Under the pieces are notes generated by a model. That model made no database searches and was not told where the DNA came from. It was given only the letters and a program-made list of their open reading frames with translations. Below are positions 26,434-41,119 of a stretch of 64,000 nt of DNA, piece by piece; the stretch's first letter is position 1; the number at the start of each line of letters is the position of its first letter. The DNA lies in assembly GCA_951406725.2 (NCBI GenBank), contig CATOCA020000001.1, forward strand, positions 6,200,001-6,264,000, given 5' to 3'. The position numbers and the translations under genes were made by a program. The stretch comes from Octopus vulgaris (lineage: Eukaryota).

Positions 26434-27942
26434 TGACTACCGAGTAATGTAACATATTTATATATATATATATATATATGTCTTAGGATGAGGAATGTTC
26501 GTATCAGCTAACACGGACTACGTCATCATAATACTGTCCACGAAGCGGTGATACGAGCAAAGCTTATCCAAGAGAAGTCGGTGGGCCTGCAAATCGGCAG
26601 ATGGAGAGGCAGACCCATACCAACCGACAGTTTTTAGGGTCCTAAATGGAAAGACAGGTTAAACTGCTTGGGGTCTGGTTTGCTCTTGACCTTGAGGTGG
26701 ACAACAACGGGTGGGAGGTGACGAACAGGATAGTCGATCTCACACAGAAATTGGCAGAGAGGAAGCTGTTCGTTAAGGGTCGAATCGAGATGCCTAATGC
26801 GTACCTCGCTTCCGTCATGACTGCCTGAATGTAGTCCCATGCCCGATAAAGTTAGAGCGTTTGTTATTCCGCTTTCTAAAGAAGGGACGTGTTCCGCTCA
26901 ACAGACGTTCTATCTGCTGTCAACAACCTCTCAGTGGAGTACTGGACATGCCGTCGTTAATGATTCGCAGACATGCGCTGAGACGGAGACATCTCCTGCG
27001 TTTCTTTAACGGTGAGCATGGGGGAATGACTGTTTGTCAAACGGGACTTTCCGCAGCTCGTCTCACTGAAGAAGCTACAGTACTGAGTCAAGCGTTGGCC
27101 AAGAAAGGGCGCTTGGCACCTGGAGTGTCGGCAAGCTCTCACAGCTTTCTGCCAGTCGGCAACGCGGGCGTTGAAAGTTCCACCATGGATTTCTATAGGG
27201 GATTAGTAGAGGGGAAAGAACAACGACGAAATCGGGGTAAATTCTGGGCGTTGGTGGAGGGAATCAACTAACTGGTCTTTAACTTCCAGAAATCCCTGGC
27301 CTGGCAGTGCTACCGGGGAGCTCTGCCGATTCAAGACAAGCTCTACAGATACGAAAGTGTTGTCGGACGGATATGTAGGGGGTGTGCGCAGGCCGATGAA
27401 ATAGACCTGCATGCAGTCGTTCGTCCAGTTTACGAGCCGAGTTCATTGTAAAGATCACCCCGCCACCTTCTTTAGGCCGGGAAGGAAAAGCAGTTTCTTC
27501 TGCCCGGTGGCTAAACAAGTAGTGTGGTGGACGAGACTGAAAACATTAAAGATTAAACCTCCTTCACAATGAAATTATGTCATTTAATATTATCATTTAA
27601 TATTATCATTAATATTCACTTCAGTTTTATATTAAAGAAACTTATAGGCATGGTTATTTATATCACATTGCATCACACACAAACACACACAGACACACAC
27701 ACACACACGCACACAGACACACACACAGATACTGGAAGACAATTAGTTTTTTTTCCAATTTCCTTTTTTATCTTTCACTTTTTGCAGAAGGCATCAAGAA
27801 TACTGGAGACTTTCTCAGATACAAATACGTTAAACAGTTTAGAGGCCCCTGCATGTTTTCCTCTCCCTCTTCCCCTCACTCCTATGAAAATAGGACATCA
27901 AACTATTGAAGGTTTGGGTACAGATGAGCTCTCTCTCTCTCT

Positions 27943-28348
27943 TTTTTACTCTTTTACTTGTTTCAGTGATTTGAATGTGGCCGTGCTGGAGCACCGCCTT
28001 TTGTCGAGTAAATCGACCCAAGGACTTATTCATGTAAGCCTAGTACTTCTTCTATCGTCTCTTTTGACGAACCGCTAACTTACAGGGACATTAACACACC
28101 AGCATCGGTTGTCAAGCGATGTTGGGGGGGGGACAAACACTGACACACAAACACACACATAGAAATATATGTATATGCATATATACAACGGGCTTCTTTC
28201 AGTTTCCGTCTACTAAATCCACTCACAAGGCTTTAGTCGGCCCGAGGCTATAGTAGAAGACGCTCGCCCAAAGTGCCACGCAGTGGGATTGAACCCGGAA
28301 CAATGTGGTTGGTAAGCAAGCTACTTACCACACAGCCACTCCCGCGCC
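27943..28348 (-). mobile_element. Full-length tRNA-derived SINE (array copy)
   Basis: Near-identical to 6752-7162 at the same site. Confidence 0.88.
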
Positions 28349-29097
28349 TATAGAAGTTTGGAATATAATTGTGTCAATTATTATAATCTTTATATATCTC
28401 AGTGCATAACACACACAGGCACAAACACACACACACACACATACACACACACACACCAGGACATATACAATTGAAGACCCTTCACACCACAAAATCCTCG
28501 CCTGTCATCCTTCTTTCGTATAAAATATTGCTACTTTGATAACGAAAATTCCTTTCCCATAACTTTAAAGCTGCTAAAACCTTTAATTCCTCTTCAGAAT
28601 TGTTATAATTTCTCTATCATATACTTTATTTCACAAACGTAATTTTCAGAAACGAACTATTGTTAAATGAATTTGTATCGTTTGCTTCCATGTCAATCAT
28701 TATATATACCATTTAAATTATTATCGTTATTGATAACTTGATTTTCTGAAGTGACACTATCGTTAAATGAATCTATCGTCTGCTCAGAGGAAATATTTGG
28801 CTGCTATTTCTAGCACATCCAGCTTAAGCTTCAGAGATTCTTCAGGAAGAGAATGGTGGATGACAATGTGAACACTGGAGGGTCTAACAATGAAATTAGA
28901 AATGTACTTCATTTTAATGTTGGCTTTTGACATCGTATTTGGGAAGAGATCGATGATCAATAGTTATCGAGCAAAAGTGAGATGATTCTAACAGATGAAA
29001 AATCTATCATCTGATCGTATAACAATATTTTAATCATTTCCGGTTAATGTCGCTTTTAAACGATTTTATGTTCCATAGCTACTAAATTTCTTTGACG

Positions 29098-29152
<55 letters not shown>

Positions 29153-29517
29153 CTCTATAACACGCACGATCAAACACACAGACACAAATTTCACACCTTA
29201 CTACTAAGTGTATTTCACGTTTGTCTACCTCACACACACAATAACACATACACACACAGACACAAATGCAGTTATATACACACTCATACACATACACAAT
29301 CACTCGCAATCATTAACACAAGCACACACCCGCACATCATCATACATACAGCATACATATTGTCCCCTACCTATTTTTACTACTCCCTCCTTCTACCCAT
29401 TTTTTAAGTCATTGCTTATAACGGATTATTTAAAAAAAACACTCATTGTCACTGTGGTCACCATGTAGGCAATCATCAAAAGTTTTGTTCGTCTTGTGGC
29501 TGAAAGAGGCTCTTAAT

Positions 29518-29600
29518 CTTTCCTGATGAGAAGATGGCATAATGCACCATTTATTCCTTCGGAATTAAAATTATGCCGTCTTCGAAACATGTGTCGAGAG
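29518..29600 (+). ncRNA. Type I minimal hammerhead ribozyme (second copy)
   Basis: Same sequence as 8349-8431: CTGATGA 29523-29529, GAAA 29584-29587, GTC ending at 29595. Confidence 0.88.
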
Positions 29601-29776
29601 TAAAAACCTCGTTCGACTCCATTCTTTCATTTATTCATATAAATAACACAAATTTGCACACAAGAATCCGGAGTTTCTACCCTTGACAGGTCACTTCAAC
29701 TGTGATTTCCGACGTGAATTTGCTACCCAGGTATCGGTTAAACGAATTTTCCATGCTAGAATAATTCATTCACCTA

Positions 29777-29838
<62 letters not shown>

Positions 29839-30197
29839 AATACATGAATATATACGTTTATATAATTCTGATAACTGTGTGTGCGTGTTATATATATATA
29901 TATACATATATACACACACACACACACAGATATCACAATTTGTAAAATAGTACTTAGATTATTTCAAGTTAATTTCAGTTACGCGTATGTAAACAGTCTC
30001 ATGCAGTTACGCATATACACACACACACATATATACACACATGCAACACCAGACAGTGACATAATTTTCATTTCTCCATTTCTGCTGGAATGCTAATGTC
30101 GCGGAAGAAGGAGGGTATACTGAGTAAGTGAAGGGAATTAAAATGTATCAATCTCACCAAATCCTTAGTACATGGTTATGTAGCTAATAGCATCACA

Positions 30198-30240
<43 letters not shown>

Positions 30241-30402
30241 CCCTCTTCTTCTTCTTTCTCCCTCCCTCTCTCTCTCTTTCTCTCACTTTCTTTCCCCTCT
30301 CTCATTTACACTCTTCCACTATCAACGCCCAACTTTGACTGCTGACGCAAACTTTTAATATCGGATTCATATAATGAGAAATAAAGACGCCAATCTATAT
30401 TT

Positions 30403-30440
<38 letters not shown>

Positions 30441-31596
30441 GCATAATTGTGTGCTACTTCAATGAAAAAAAGTATGGTAAATAAACAAATGACGCAATAT
30501 ATATATATGCGCACATATATATATTTATAGAGATATATATAAACATTCACTACCTCTTACGAACAGAGACTAACAGCACTTTATTGGTAAGTTACGATTT
30601 TCATTATATTATATCGGCCTTCTATTGGCCATTGTCCAGTCTCCTCAACGGCATTAAGGATGGGATAAAAAGGTTCTCCACCCTTACGTCCTCATAAATT
30701 TGTGTCCCCAAATTACCTAAAATGTTTTTTTATGCTTTTATTTTTACTTAACCCAGTTAAGTCTTGTCTGCAAATTTGTGTTATTTATATGAATAAATGA
30801 AAGAATGGAGTCGAACGAGGTTTTTACTCTCGACACATGTTTCGAAGACGGCATAATTTTCAGTTAACCCATTAGCATTGGCACTGGCCACGTCGGGCCC
30901 AAATATTCTTCCTGTTTTCTGTTGAAACTGAATAGATCAGCCCTTTCACAACCACCATGCAAAGTTATTCTAAAAGTAAGCAATCACATAATCAAAATCT
31001 CAAAGCTAGAAGATAATGTATGTTTAATTTTAAACGATGTGAATAAATAAGTAATTCATCTGAATGTTGAAGGAGTATCCCCTTCTAGCTGGTACAATAA
31101 TGAAACAGCAATTCCATCTCAAATTACGTGGGGTATTTTTAAGGACACTTTTCAGGTACGAGGGAGTGGTTAAGAATGTTAGTAGTACAAAAAATCGGGT
31201 CGGTATTTTTCTTAGTATTTGACTTTTGTTAATTATTGTTTGAAGCCGAGAAGGGTCAAATGAGAGTAGAGACGGTTGAAAAGCAAAAATTTGAAGAAAT
31301 TTGTGATGTGTGTTGGAGAGATTTAGGAGGCTGAGAGGAGGATTAAAAATCGATTGATCATAATACTTGGAATAAATTTGGGATGCGTGTTATATATATT
31401 TATATTTCTGTAGGTATCTATATGTATATGCTGACTACTTAATGTTTTTAATACTGTGTATTAATGTAGGAGTTTATATGTATATATATTGTGCGTATAT
31501 GTGTGTGTGTTTGCATGTATGTATGTAAGAGCTTGTATGTATATATTATGTATTTGTAAATGCAATTTTGGATATTTCATATGTATTGCATATGCT

Positions 31597-31697
<101 letters not shown>

Positions 31698-31789
31698 CAT
31701 ATATGTATACATAGACACACACACACATATTTGCTATTTGGAATGTGTTCACTTGTCGATTGTCAGGTTGACACTTGTTTTACTTTACA

Positions 31790-32590
31790 GCTTTATTTAT
31801 TTGGAATTAGGGAAGTGCATGAATGTCGGGCAGTATTTATGCTTACGATAAAAAATAACGTCAGAGAATTTAACAGTGAGGAGTTGTGGAGGCGAAGAAT
31901 AGTTAATAACCCTTTTATACATAACATACATTTACCTATATTTGTGTTGTAGAGGGGAGCTTCACATATTTGGACCACGATAGAGCGTATTGGACATTGT
32001 TTTGAATTGAGGTTGTATATGTGTGTCGCTAAAGATTGAAATAGTTTAGATTTGGGATTAGTGAAAGAATTCATATGAGCACGACAACGCCATTCCAAAT
32101 CCTCAGTGCCCCAAATATACATCCTTGCCTGGTGGGTGCATGCGGTCATCACGTGAAACTTATACAATACACTTTTGAGGAGACAGGTGTCTGCATACCG
32201 TATATTTCAGATGCGCGACAGTTGCAAGTGGTTGGGGTTTACTATTAGTAATGTTGATGTTGGTTGGTTTGTTGTTAGTGGGGAGAATCTAAATTAGGAT
32301 TTATATTAGTATCGGATTGGGAGTTTGTAATGGAACTAATATTTGTCGTCTCGTAGATAGGGTTGTAGAATATTGGCTGAAGTTTAGTATTATACAATTG
32401 AAGTGGCTTATTAATGTTTGTATTATTGTATTGTGAAGTTTAGCTTGGAATTTTGGGGAAAATTTTGGTTTTATCCACACATAAAGCCTACCGGTGTATT
32501 ATAAAGACTTATGGAACCACGTGACCGCTGCTAGCTTTGTTGTTGTTGATGTGTATGTATTTTCGAAATGTTTTATTCTTCAACTTTGAG
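31790..32590 (-). mobile_element. Penelope-like GIY-YIG fragment (array copy)
   Basis: ORF 31793-32167 includes ...[16 protein letters not shown]...SLLNS. Confidence 0.8.
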
Positions 32591-34925
32591 ATGTATTGTT
32601 GATTTTTTAAAAATTTTATCTTACTATAATCAGCAACAAACACCTTCCGTCAATATTAAATTCTTTATTGGATAAAAAAAAAACATTATCAAAACTTGAA
32701 GGTAAAACAAAACACCTTTCTCTAAGCGGCACACTAAATTTCCCAGGTAAAAAATAGCGGCTTATACACCGGAAAATACGGTGTTTCTTTTTTTGTCATA
32801 TTCATGTCGACTTTCACTCCATAAACGTTACACAAACACTTGACTGCGCATGCCTGAATGTCTACATTAAAGCATTTTCTAAGCTAAATTCTCTGCCTGA
32901 TCTACAGGCTCATTAGGCCCCCAGTATATCTCGGTATCGAACGTATTTCAACACACAAGGATACAACACACCGGATACCAGTCTGTCGCAATGTTAACCC
33001 CTGGTTAATGCTGGTACTTTTCAGATGAGAGCACTGGAAGTGTCTTTCTCGTGGACACAACTTACCGAAACAATAATCCATACGCCTATATGTGTGTGTG
33101 TGCGCGCTTATGTACATATCCGTGCGTATGTGGGTGTATTTTTGTATGCATGTACACACACACACACATAATCTTTTATTCTCTTATTCTTTTGCTTATT
33201 TAAGGTGAATTTCAAAGTCGTTATGCCAATCCCATAATCCCCTTCCGACATAGGCCAAAAGTAAAGCTACGAAACTGGCTAAGTTTGGAAGAAAACGAAA
33301 CACCACTTGTGACTGGATGGGAAGTAATTGAGAATCCATAACTTATGTGAATGGATCGAATAAATATAAACATTGTTTAGCTGAAAGAGTGCATATCCTG
33401 TTCAGATCTAAGATGCTTAATCCTCTATTGGACTCTAGGTCAGGAATTTTCAGTCGTTGTCAAGTATAAATATATTTTGAAGAACTGAAAAATTCCGTCT
33501 ATTCTTGATTAAATTTTTGATATCTTTTTAGCCTTATAATTCAAGGTCTAACGAGGAGAACTCTTAAATGCTGTTTTTACTTTTCCCTTTTCCTATTTTC
33601 GTTTTTGTGCTTTCGCTTTCCGATTTCCGGAACACTGGGCATGCTGTGGAAGACATGCACTGGGGCTGCGACATCTCCAAACATTCTGCGTAAATGGTGA
33701 ACAGGTGTGGTCATCGTTTGTCAAAAAGGCTTTTCCACAACTCATCTCCTTGAGTAAGCTGCAGTCCTGGGTCAAGAAGAGACCGAGGAAGGGTTACTGG
33801 CATCTGGAATGTTGCTAGGCACTCACGGTCCTCTACCAGGTGGGCAATGCGATCAGTGGAAAATCCACTCTGAAGTTCTATGGAGGGTTAGTGGAGGGAA
33901 AGTGCGATGAAGCACTTGGAGAGACGCTAGGCGTTGACAAAATTGAACTAACCAGTCTGTTGAGGAGGACTTTCAAGACGGGGATAATGGATAACTTCTA
34001 GAAGTCCCTTGCTTTGCAGTGCTATCGGGGGGCACTGCCGGATCGAGATAAACTCTACAAGCACGGAATTGCTGTCTGACCGACCTACCCGAGATATGCG
34101 CAGAGCGATGAAAGTGTTCTGCACGCACTCGTCCAGTGTCCTTGCATTACTGACTTGTGGAGTTATGTTGAAAAGCTGTTATTAAGTGTAGGCAGTTTCT
34201 ATCTATCGGCCGAGTCCGTAGTGAAGATCGCTCAGCCGCTTTCCATTAGTCCGGAAGGTCAGGCAATTTACTTCTGTCAAATAGCAGTAGCGAAAGAGGC
34301 TGTATTGTGGACCAGGTTAAACGGACTAAAGACAGAGAATTTTATCTACGGCCAATCACTCGTCAACTTTTTCAAATTTCCTTTGGAAAGGAAGATGAGG
34401 GTGCAGAGTGAAGTGCTGCCTCCCAGTACGTTTGCCAAAAGGCGGATGAACAGAGGAAATGGTACAGAGAAGCGTCGAGTGGTTCAGGATTGGGGTGTGG
34501 GTACCTGAGCCAACTCCAGGGGATTACCTGCACCTATTACGAACTTTCATTGTTATATCCTTTTGTCGGATATCATTGTCATTCTTTTAACTGTGTACTC
34601 GTTGTCTCAGCGTAATCTCCAGTGTTCATGTCTACTGTATCCTGTTTCTTTACTACCGACAAGGGGCTAAACACAGAGAGGACAAACAAGGACAGACAAA
34701 CGGATTAAGTCGATTATATCGATCACAGTGCGTAACTGGTACTTCTTTAATCGACCCCGAAAGGATGAAAGGCAAAGTCGACCTCGGGCAAATTTGAACT
34801 CAGAAGATAACGCCAGAAGAAATACCGCTTAGCATTTCGCCCGACGTAATAAAGATTCTGCCAGCTCTCACCGCCTTTTCTACTGTATCTTCTCCGATAT
34901 GCCGGCCCTATTGGCAAATAATGAA

Positions 34926-34995
<70 letters not shown>

Positions 34996-35025
34996 TTAAT
35001 AATAATAATAATAATTATAATAATA

Positions 35026-35534
35026 GTAAGGGTTGTTGAAGGATGTTGAACGAAGATGTAGCCCATCGTCTTGGTATAGGGGATGGGCTCCAGCAAATAT
35101 TCTGCTCAATACCACAGATTTGCTTGTCAGTTGCTCGACGTTAACCAGTTGAGCATGTCCCTTAGTGGCTGAAGATATGTGCATCTCTGATCGCAAGCAG
35201 AAGTAGTGGGGGAGTATCATAGCAATGTGTTAAGAGGGATTCTTTGGGGTTTGAATAATTCACCTCTGGAAACATGGGTGTTTCGTTCAAAATCCGTAAA
35301 CAACTCTTACTCAGGGACCTTTTGAGCAGGATGGGTTACTCGACCAGAAGAAAATTCTAACTGGGCGCCACATAGAAGGTCATGTGCTTTTTATCTTGAT
35401 ATGAGATCATCATGTTTCGCACTTATGGTTGTGATGCATGTGTATGGTGTACCCTTATCAGACGGGTAGTCATGATGGGTATACTGGGCTTCGTATATTT
35501 TACCCTAGTGTCACTTTGATGGCATGCACTGCTC

Positions 35535-35535
<1 letters not shown>
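35026..35535. mobile_element. Unclassified ~510 bp non-coding insertion in (AAT)n
   Basis: Present in only this copy of the tract, with (AAT)n on both sides and no ORF. Confidence 0.7.
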
Positions 35536-35573
<38 letters not shown>

Positions 35574-35971
35574 TATTATTATTATTATTATTATTACTAT
35601 TATTATTATTTTTATTATTATTATTATAATTATTATTGTTATTGGAAAGTTCTTCCGGCTAAACATTTCACTCACTTCTTCACAGTAAAATTATATCATT
35701 TAATGCAATCGTTAATGTGATATTCCCTCCAGTTTCATATTAAAGAAAAGCTTAGGCAGGGTTATGTATATATTACATCACACATAGAGACACAAACACA
35801 CACACACACACGAACAATCGTACACATCAACTCTCCTCCTCTTCTTTCCCCTCTCTCTCTTCTATCACTCCCTCTACCCCTCTCTCATTTTAACTCTTCC
35901 ACTTCCACCGCCAATCATCATAAACTGCTGACTGAAGTTTTCAAATCGAAATTATATAATTAGAAATACAG

Positions 35972-36011
<40 letters not shown>

Positions 36012-36362
36012 TTAGGATGTGGAATGTTCGTATCCGCTAACACGGACCACGTCATCATAATACTGTCCACGAAGCGTTGATAGGAGCAAAGCTTATCCAA
36101 GAGAAGTCGGTGGGCCTGCAACTCGGCAGATGGAGAGGCAGACCCATACCACCGACAGTTTGTAGGGCGCTAAAGTGAAAGACAGGTTAAACTGTTTGGG
36201 GTCTGGTCTGCTGTAGACCCCGAGGTGGGACAACAACGGGTGGGAGGTGACGAACAGGATAGTCGATCTCACCCAGAAATTGGCAGAGAGGAAGCTGTTC
36301 GTGAAGGGTCGAGTCGAGGTGGCGAATGCGTACATCGCTTCCGTCAACTATGACTGCCTGAA

Positions 36363-36811
36363 TATAATAACCACATTGTATCAAACGCAAGGATACAAGT
36401 GTTCGTCTGGTACGTTGATTTTTGTTAATTTTTATGTCCTGACAAAGGCTGCGCTGATGAGTGAAAAGTGGATTTTGTGCACTAATTACGGAATCATATG
36501 ATGTTCAGCTACGTCTGTTTCTGGAGGCTCGCTTTGAGAGTTGCATTCCCTCGCGTTTTGTACAATGTGGGCATTATAGTAGTTTATACTTCAAGAGACC
36601 CTCCTCGCGTGAGGCATTTATGTATAAGTAATGCCCTTAATATATATAAATATATTCATAGGGAATAATTAATAAGTTATCCCTTCTGAGGTTTTTCACA
36701 ATAACTACTTGATAAATCCTCGTAAAAATTTTATCCTATATTTCAATTATATATATTTATTAGTAGCCCCAAACTTACTTTGTTATATATACACACACAC
36801 ACACACACACT

Positions 36812-36861
<50 letters not shown>

Positions 36862-37150
36862 TGTATATATCTATGTATATGTGAGCGTGTGTATGTATAT
36901 GTGTATGTGTTTCAGTTTATCCACTATGACCGCTTGGGAACAGGTTCCGGTTTTTTACGTCCCAGTAATTTGGCCGATCGGTATCGGTATCTTGTTAAAT
37001 TCCTTACAACCACTTGAAACGTTTCACATTTTTACCACGTCATTTTCAAAGCATTTACGTCTGATTCAGAATTGCCTGCCGCTGACGATAATTGCCTTCA
37101 TGTTTTTCTTTTTTCTGGTAAGTAATAAAAAAAAAATCAAAAGTATAAAG
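36363..37150 (+). repeat. Dispersed duplicate of 57628-58390
   Basis: Collinear from ATAATAACCACATTGTATCAAACG to ATCAAAAGTATAAAGTT; ORFs 36881 and 58125 correspond. Confidence 0.88.
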
Positions 37151-37429
37151 TTGCGTAACTCTAGGCAAATCAGCGGAAGGGATCGCGAGAATACGCAGCA
37201 GGCTTAACAACAAATACTGGGGTCGATTTGTGCGACTAAAACACTTTAAGGCAGTGCCCCAGCATAGGCGCAGCCCAATGGATGACAAACGTAAGGAATT
37301 GTTTACAGCTATGGTTTAAATTCTACGCCATAAATTAGAATTGTCGGATCTCATCGAAGACAGCGAACGGGAATTGAAGCTCTATGGTTTGTGTTCCTGA
37401 AATTTTAAAGGATGCAACAATAGAAAATG

Positions 37430-37599
<170 letters not shown>

Positions 37600-37600
<1 letters not shown>

Positions 37601-39097
37601 GGAACGAGATAACGAGTAGGGTGGTCACTCTCGCCCAGCAATGGGCCGAGAGGAAAGTGTCCCTAAAAGGTCGGGTGGAGGTGGCGAACGCCTACATCGC
37701 GTCCACCATCTACTACCGCCTGACCGTCGTACCTTGTCCCGACCCTACCATCACCAAACTAGAACGCATCCTCTTCCGCTTCTTGTGGAAAGGATGCGTC
37801 CCGATGGTCAGGCGATCCATTTGCTGCCAACACCCGTTAAAAGAAGGGCTGGGCATGCCGTGGTTGATGATGCGCAGACACGCGCTGAGACTGCGACATC
37901 TCCGGCTCTATGTTCACGATGGTGAACAGGTGTGGTCGCCGTTTGTGAAGCATGCATTCCCGCAAGTCGTCTCCATGACCGAACACCAGTCGTGGATCAA
38001 AAAGAGGCCGAGGAAGGGCGAATGGCACCGCGAGTGTCGCGTTCCTCTCAAGCAACTCTGCCGTCCCGGGTCGACCTTGAGTGACTTCAACACAACCAAA
38101 GAATTCTATAGGGGATTAGTGGAGGGGAGGTACGACGACGATCTCTTGGCAAACCTGGGCGTCGTCGAGGAATACCTGACCCGCCTGTTTCAAACGACTT
38201 TCGGCCCGGGACCTATGGACAACTTCCAGAGATCCCTGGCCTGGCGGTGCTACCGAGAAGCGCTACCCGTTCGGGATAAGCTCTATAGGCATGGCTCGAG
38301 AAACACGGGGCCGACCTGCCCGAGATGCGGGCAGAGCGACGAAACCGCTCTGCACGCAATCGTTCAGTGTCCAGCAATTTCCGACCTGTGGCCTTATGTC
38401 GAACGACTGCTGTCACGTGTGGGACGTGTCGGTTTATCAGCCGAGTCTATCGTTAATATCGTCACGCCTCCTTCCTTCAAACGGGAAGGAAGAGCTATTT
38501 TTATCATACTTGTGGCTATGGCGAAAGAATGTATCTGGTGGACGCGCCCGAAAGGATTGGAGACAAACACTTTCCTCTCTGGTCAATCTCTCATCAACTT
38601 CTTCAAGTATCACATGAAGAGGAAAGTGAGAGTAGAGAGGCAAATTTTGTCTAGCGAATGTTTTAAAAAAAGATGGGTGAATGTAGCAAGGATGGCACGT
38701 ATGAATGACGAAGCCACCTTGACTATGATTCTATGAACCGTAAAAATTAATACAGAGAGTTGCTTATTTGCAAAAAAAAATAAAAGAAAGAAATATAACA
38801 TGTGACTTCATTGACCGAGGTTACCGTGGTCTTTTCCGTAGGCTTTTCTTTACACTTCATATTGACATTTCTGTGATTACGATCCCTATTGATCAACTTT
38901 TTTTCCTCTCCCCTTTCCTTTTATTTTTTCCCTCTCCACCCTTTTTTAAAAAAATCCTCCCCTTTTTTTGTCCTCTTTCTTTCCTTTTACGATCCCTTTT
39001 GATCGAAACCCAACCCCCTTTTTTTACCCCCAAAAGAAAAGCTCTACCTTGTAATTTGTTCTGTCTGTGTGCAGCCCTGTGTGGCTAATAAAGAAAC
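37600..39097 (+). mobile_element. Young 5'-truncated Tx1/L1-clade LINE inserted in (CTAT)n
   Basis: Uninterrupted ORF2 C-terminus to 38736 with an RT-associated zinc region (LAWRCYREALPV..CPRCGQSDETALHAIVQC), a pyrimidine-rich 3'UTR, AATAAA, then (CTAT)n. Confidence 0.9.
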
Positions 39098-39264
39098 ATA
39101 TCTATCTATCTATCTATCTATCTATCAATCTATCTCTATCTATCCATCTATCTATCTATGTATCAATCTATCTATCTTTCTATCTATGTCTATATATCTC
39201 TATCTATCTATCTATCTATCTATCATTGTCTATCTATGACTATCTATCTCTATATTTCCATCTT

Positions 39265-39342
<78 letters not shown>

Positions 39343-40928
39343 AATCTATCTATCAAACTATCATGTGTCTGTCTAGCTATCTCTCTATCAATCATTGTCT
39401 GTATCTTTATCTTTCTATCTCTCTATCTATTACGTCTCTCCATATATCGATATACATATATATATATATACACACATATATACATTCATTTACATTTACT
39501 TATTTTCACACACACAAACACGCACGCAGACACACACTTTCACACACACATATACATAATATAAAGGGAGAGGAAAATCAAATCATGGGACGCAACTTAC
39601 AAGCATTGTACTACAATCCAGGCTCTGGTAAACCACATCGAATGGTCCGGCAAAACGGGAAAATCTTTATGGTAAACAATCATTGTCTTTCACTTAGTTC
39701 CAAAATTCCGAGTTCACTATTTCGGGTTTTATCCTGTGTAAAAGACATTAAAATAAGAATTAAATGTTACACATGAAGTAACTTACTTTTTAGCATATTT
39801 TATATACAATGCAATTTAGTTATTTTAAACCTGTGAACGACACGCCTTTCTGCTGCATGTATATTATAAGCATTAGCATCAGGTTACATCCTGCTGGTTG
39901 AAAACTGTACCACCAGTATAAACAAATGACGCATATATATATATGCGCATATATATATATATATAGATATATATAAACATTCACTACCTCTTACGAACAG
40001 AGACTAACAGCACTTTATTGGTAAGTTACGATTTTCATTATATTATATCGGCCTTCTATTGGCCATTGTCCAGTCTCCTCAACGGCATTAAGGATGGGAT
40101 AAAAAGGTTCTCCACCCTTAAGACTTCATAAATTTGGGTCCCCAAATTACCTAAAATGTTTTTTATGCTTTTATTTTTACTTCAGTAATTTTCAGTTAAC
40201 CCATTAGCATTGGCAATGGCCACGTCGGGCCCAAATATTCTTCCTGTTTTCTGTTGAAACTGAACAGATCAGCCTTTTCACAACCACCATGCAAAGTTAT
40301 TCTAAAAGTAAGCAATCACATAATCAAAATCTCAAAGCTAGAAGATAACGTATGTTTAATTTAAACGATGTGAATAAATAAGTAATTCATCTGAATGTTG
40401 AAGGAGAATCCCCTTCTAGCTGGTACAATAATGAAACAGCAATTCCATCTCAAATTCCGTGGGGTATTTTTTAAGGACACTTTTCAGGTACGAGGGAGTG
40501 GTTAAGAATGTTAGTAGTACAAAAAATCGGGTCGGTATTTTTCTTAGTATTTGACTTTTGTTAATTATTGTTTGAAGCCGAGATGGGTCAAATGAGAGTA
40601 GAGACGGTTGAAAAGCAAAAATTTGAGGAAATTTGTGATGTGTGTTGGAGAGATTTAGGAGGCTGAGAGGAGGATGAAAAATCGATTGATCATAATACTT
40701 GGAATAAATTTGGGATGCGTGTTATATATATTTATATTTCTGTAGGTATCTATATATATATGCTGACTACTTAATGTTTTTAATACTGTGTATTAATGTA
40801 GGAGTTTATATGTATATATATTGTGCGTATATGTGTGTGTGTTTCATGTATGTATGTAAGAGCTTGTATGTATATATTATGTATTTGTAAATGCAATTTT
40901 GGATATTTCATATGTATTGCATATGCTC

Positions 40929-41024
<96 letters not shown>

Positions 41025-41119
41025 CATATATGTATACATAGACACACACACACACATATTTGCTATTTGGAATGTGTTCACTTGTCGATTGTCAGGTTGA
41101 CACTTGTTTTACATTACAG

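Larger units (their letters stand above)
25031..26457 (+). mobile_element. Penelope-like element (Naiad-type), 5'-truncated and internally deleted, inserted in (AT)n
   Basis: RT C-terminus VNFLDVSLDL..YKPYRKPN..YIN..HPP, linker CSCRNKELCPLNGAC, GIY-YIG IIYEA..YLGLTEGNFKTRF..H, CGLC and CPH. Absent from the same (AT)n site in the other copies. Confidence 0.92.
24590..31113 (+). repeat. Partial tandem unit (second half of the unit) carrying a Penelope insertion
   Basis: Matches ~4710-9835 of copy 1, including the full SINE and the hammerhead module. Confidence 0.88.
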
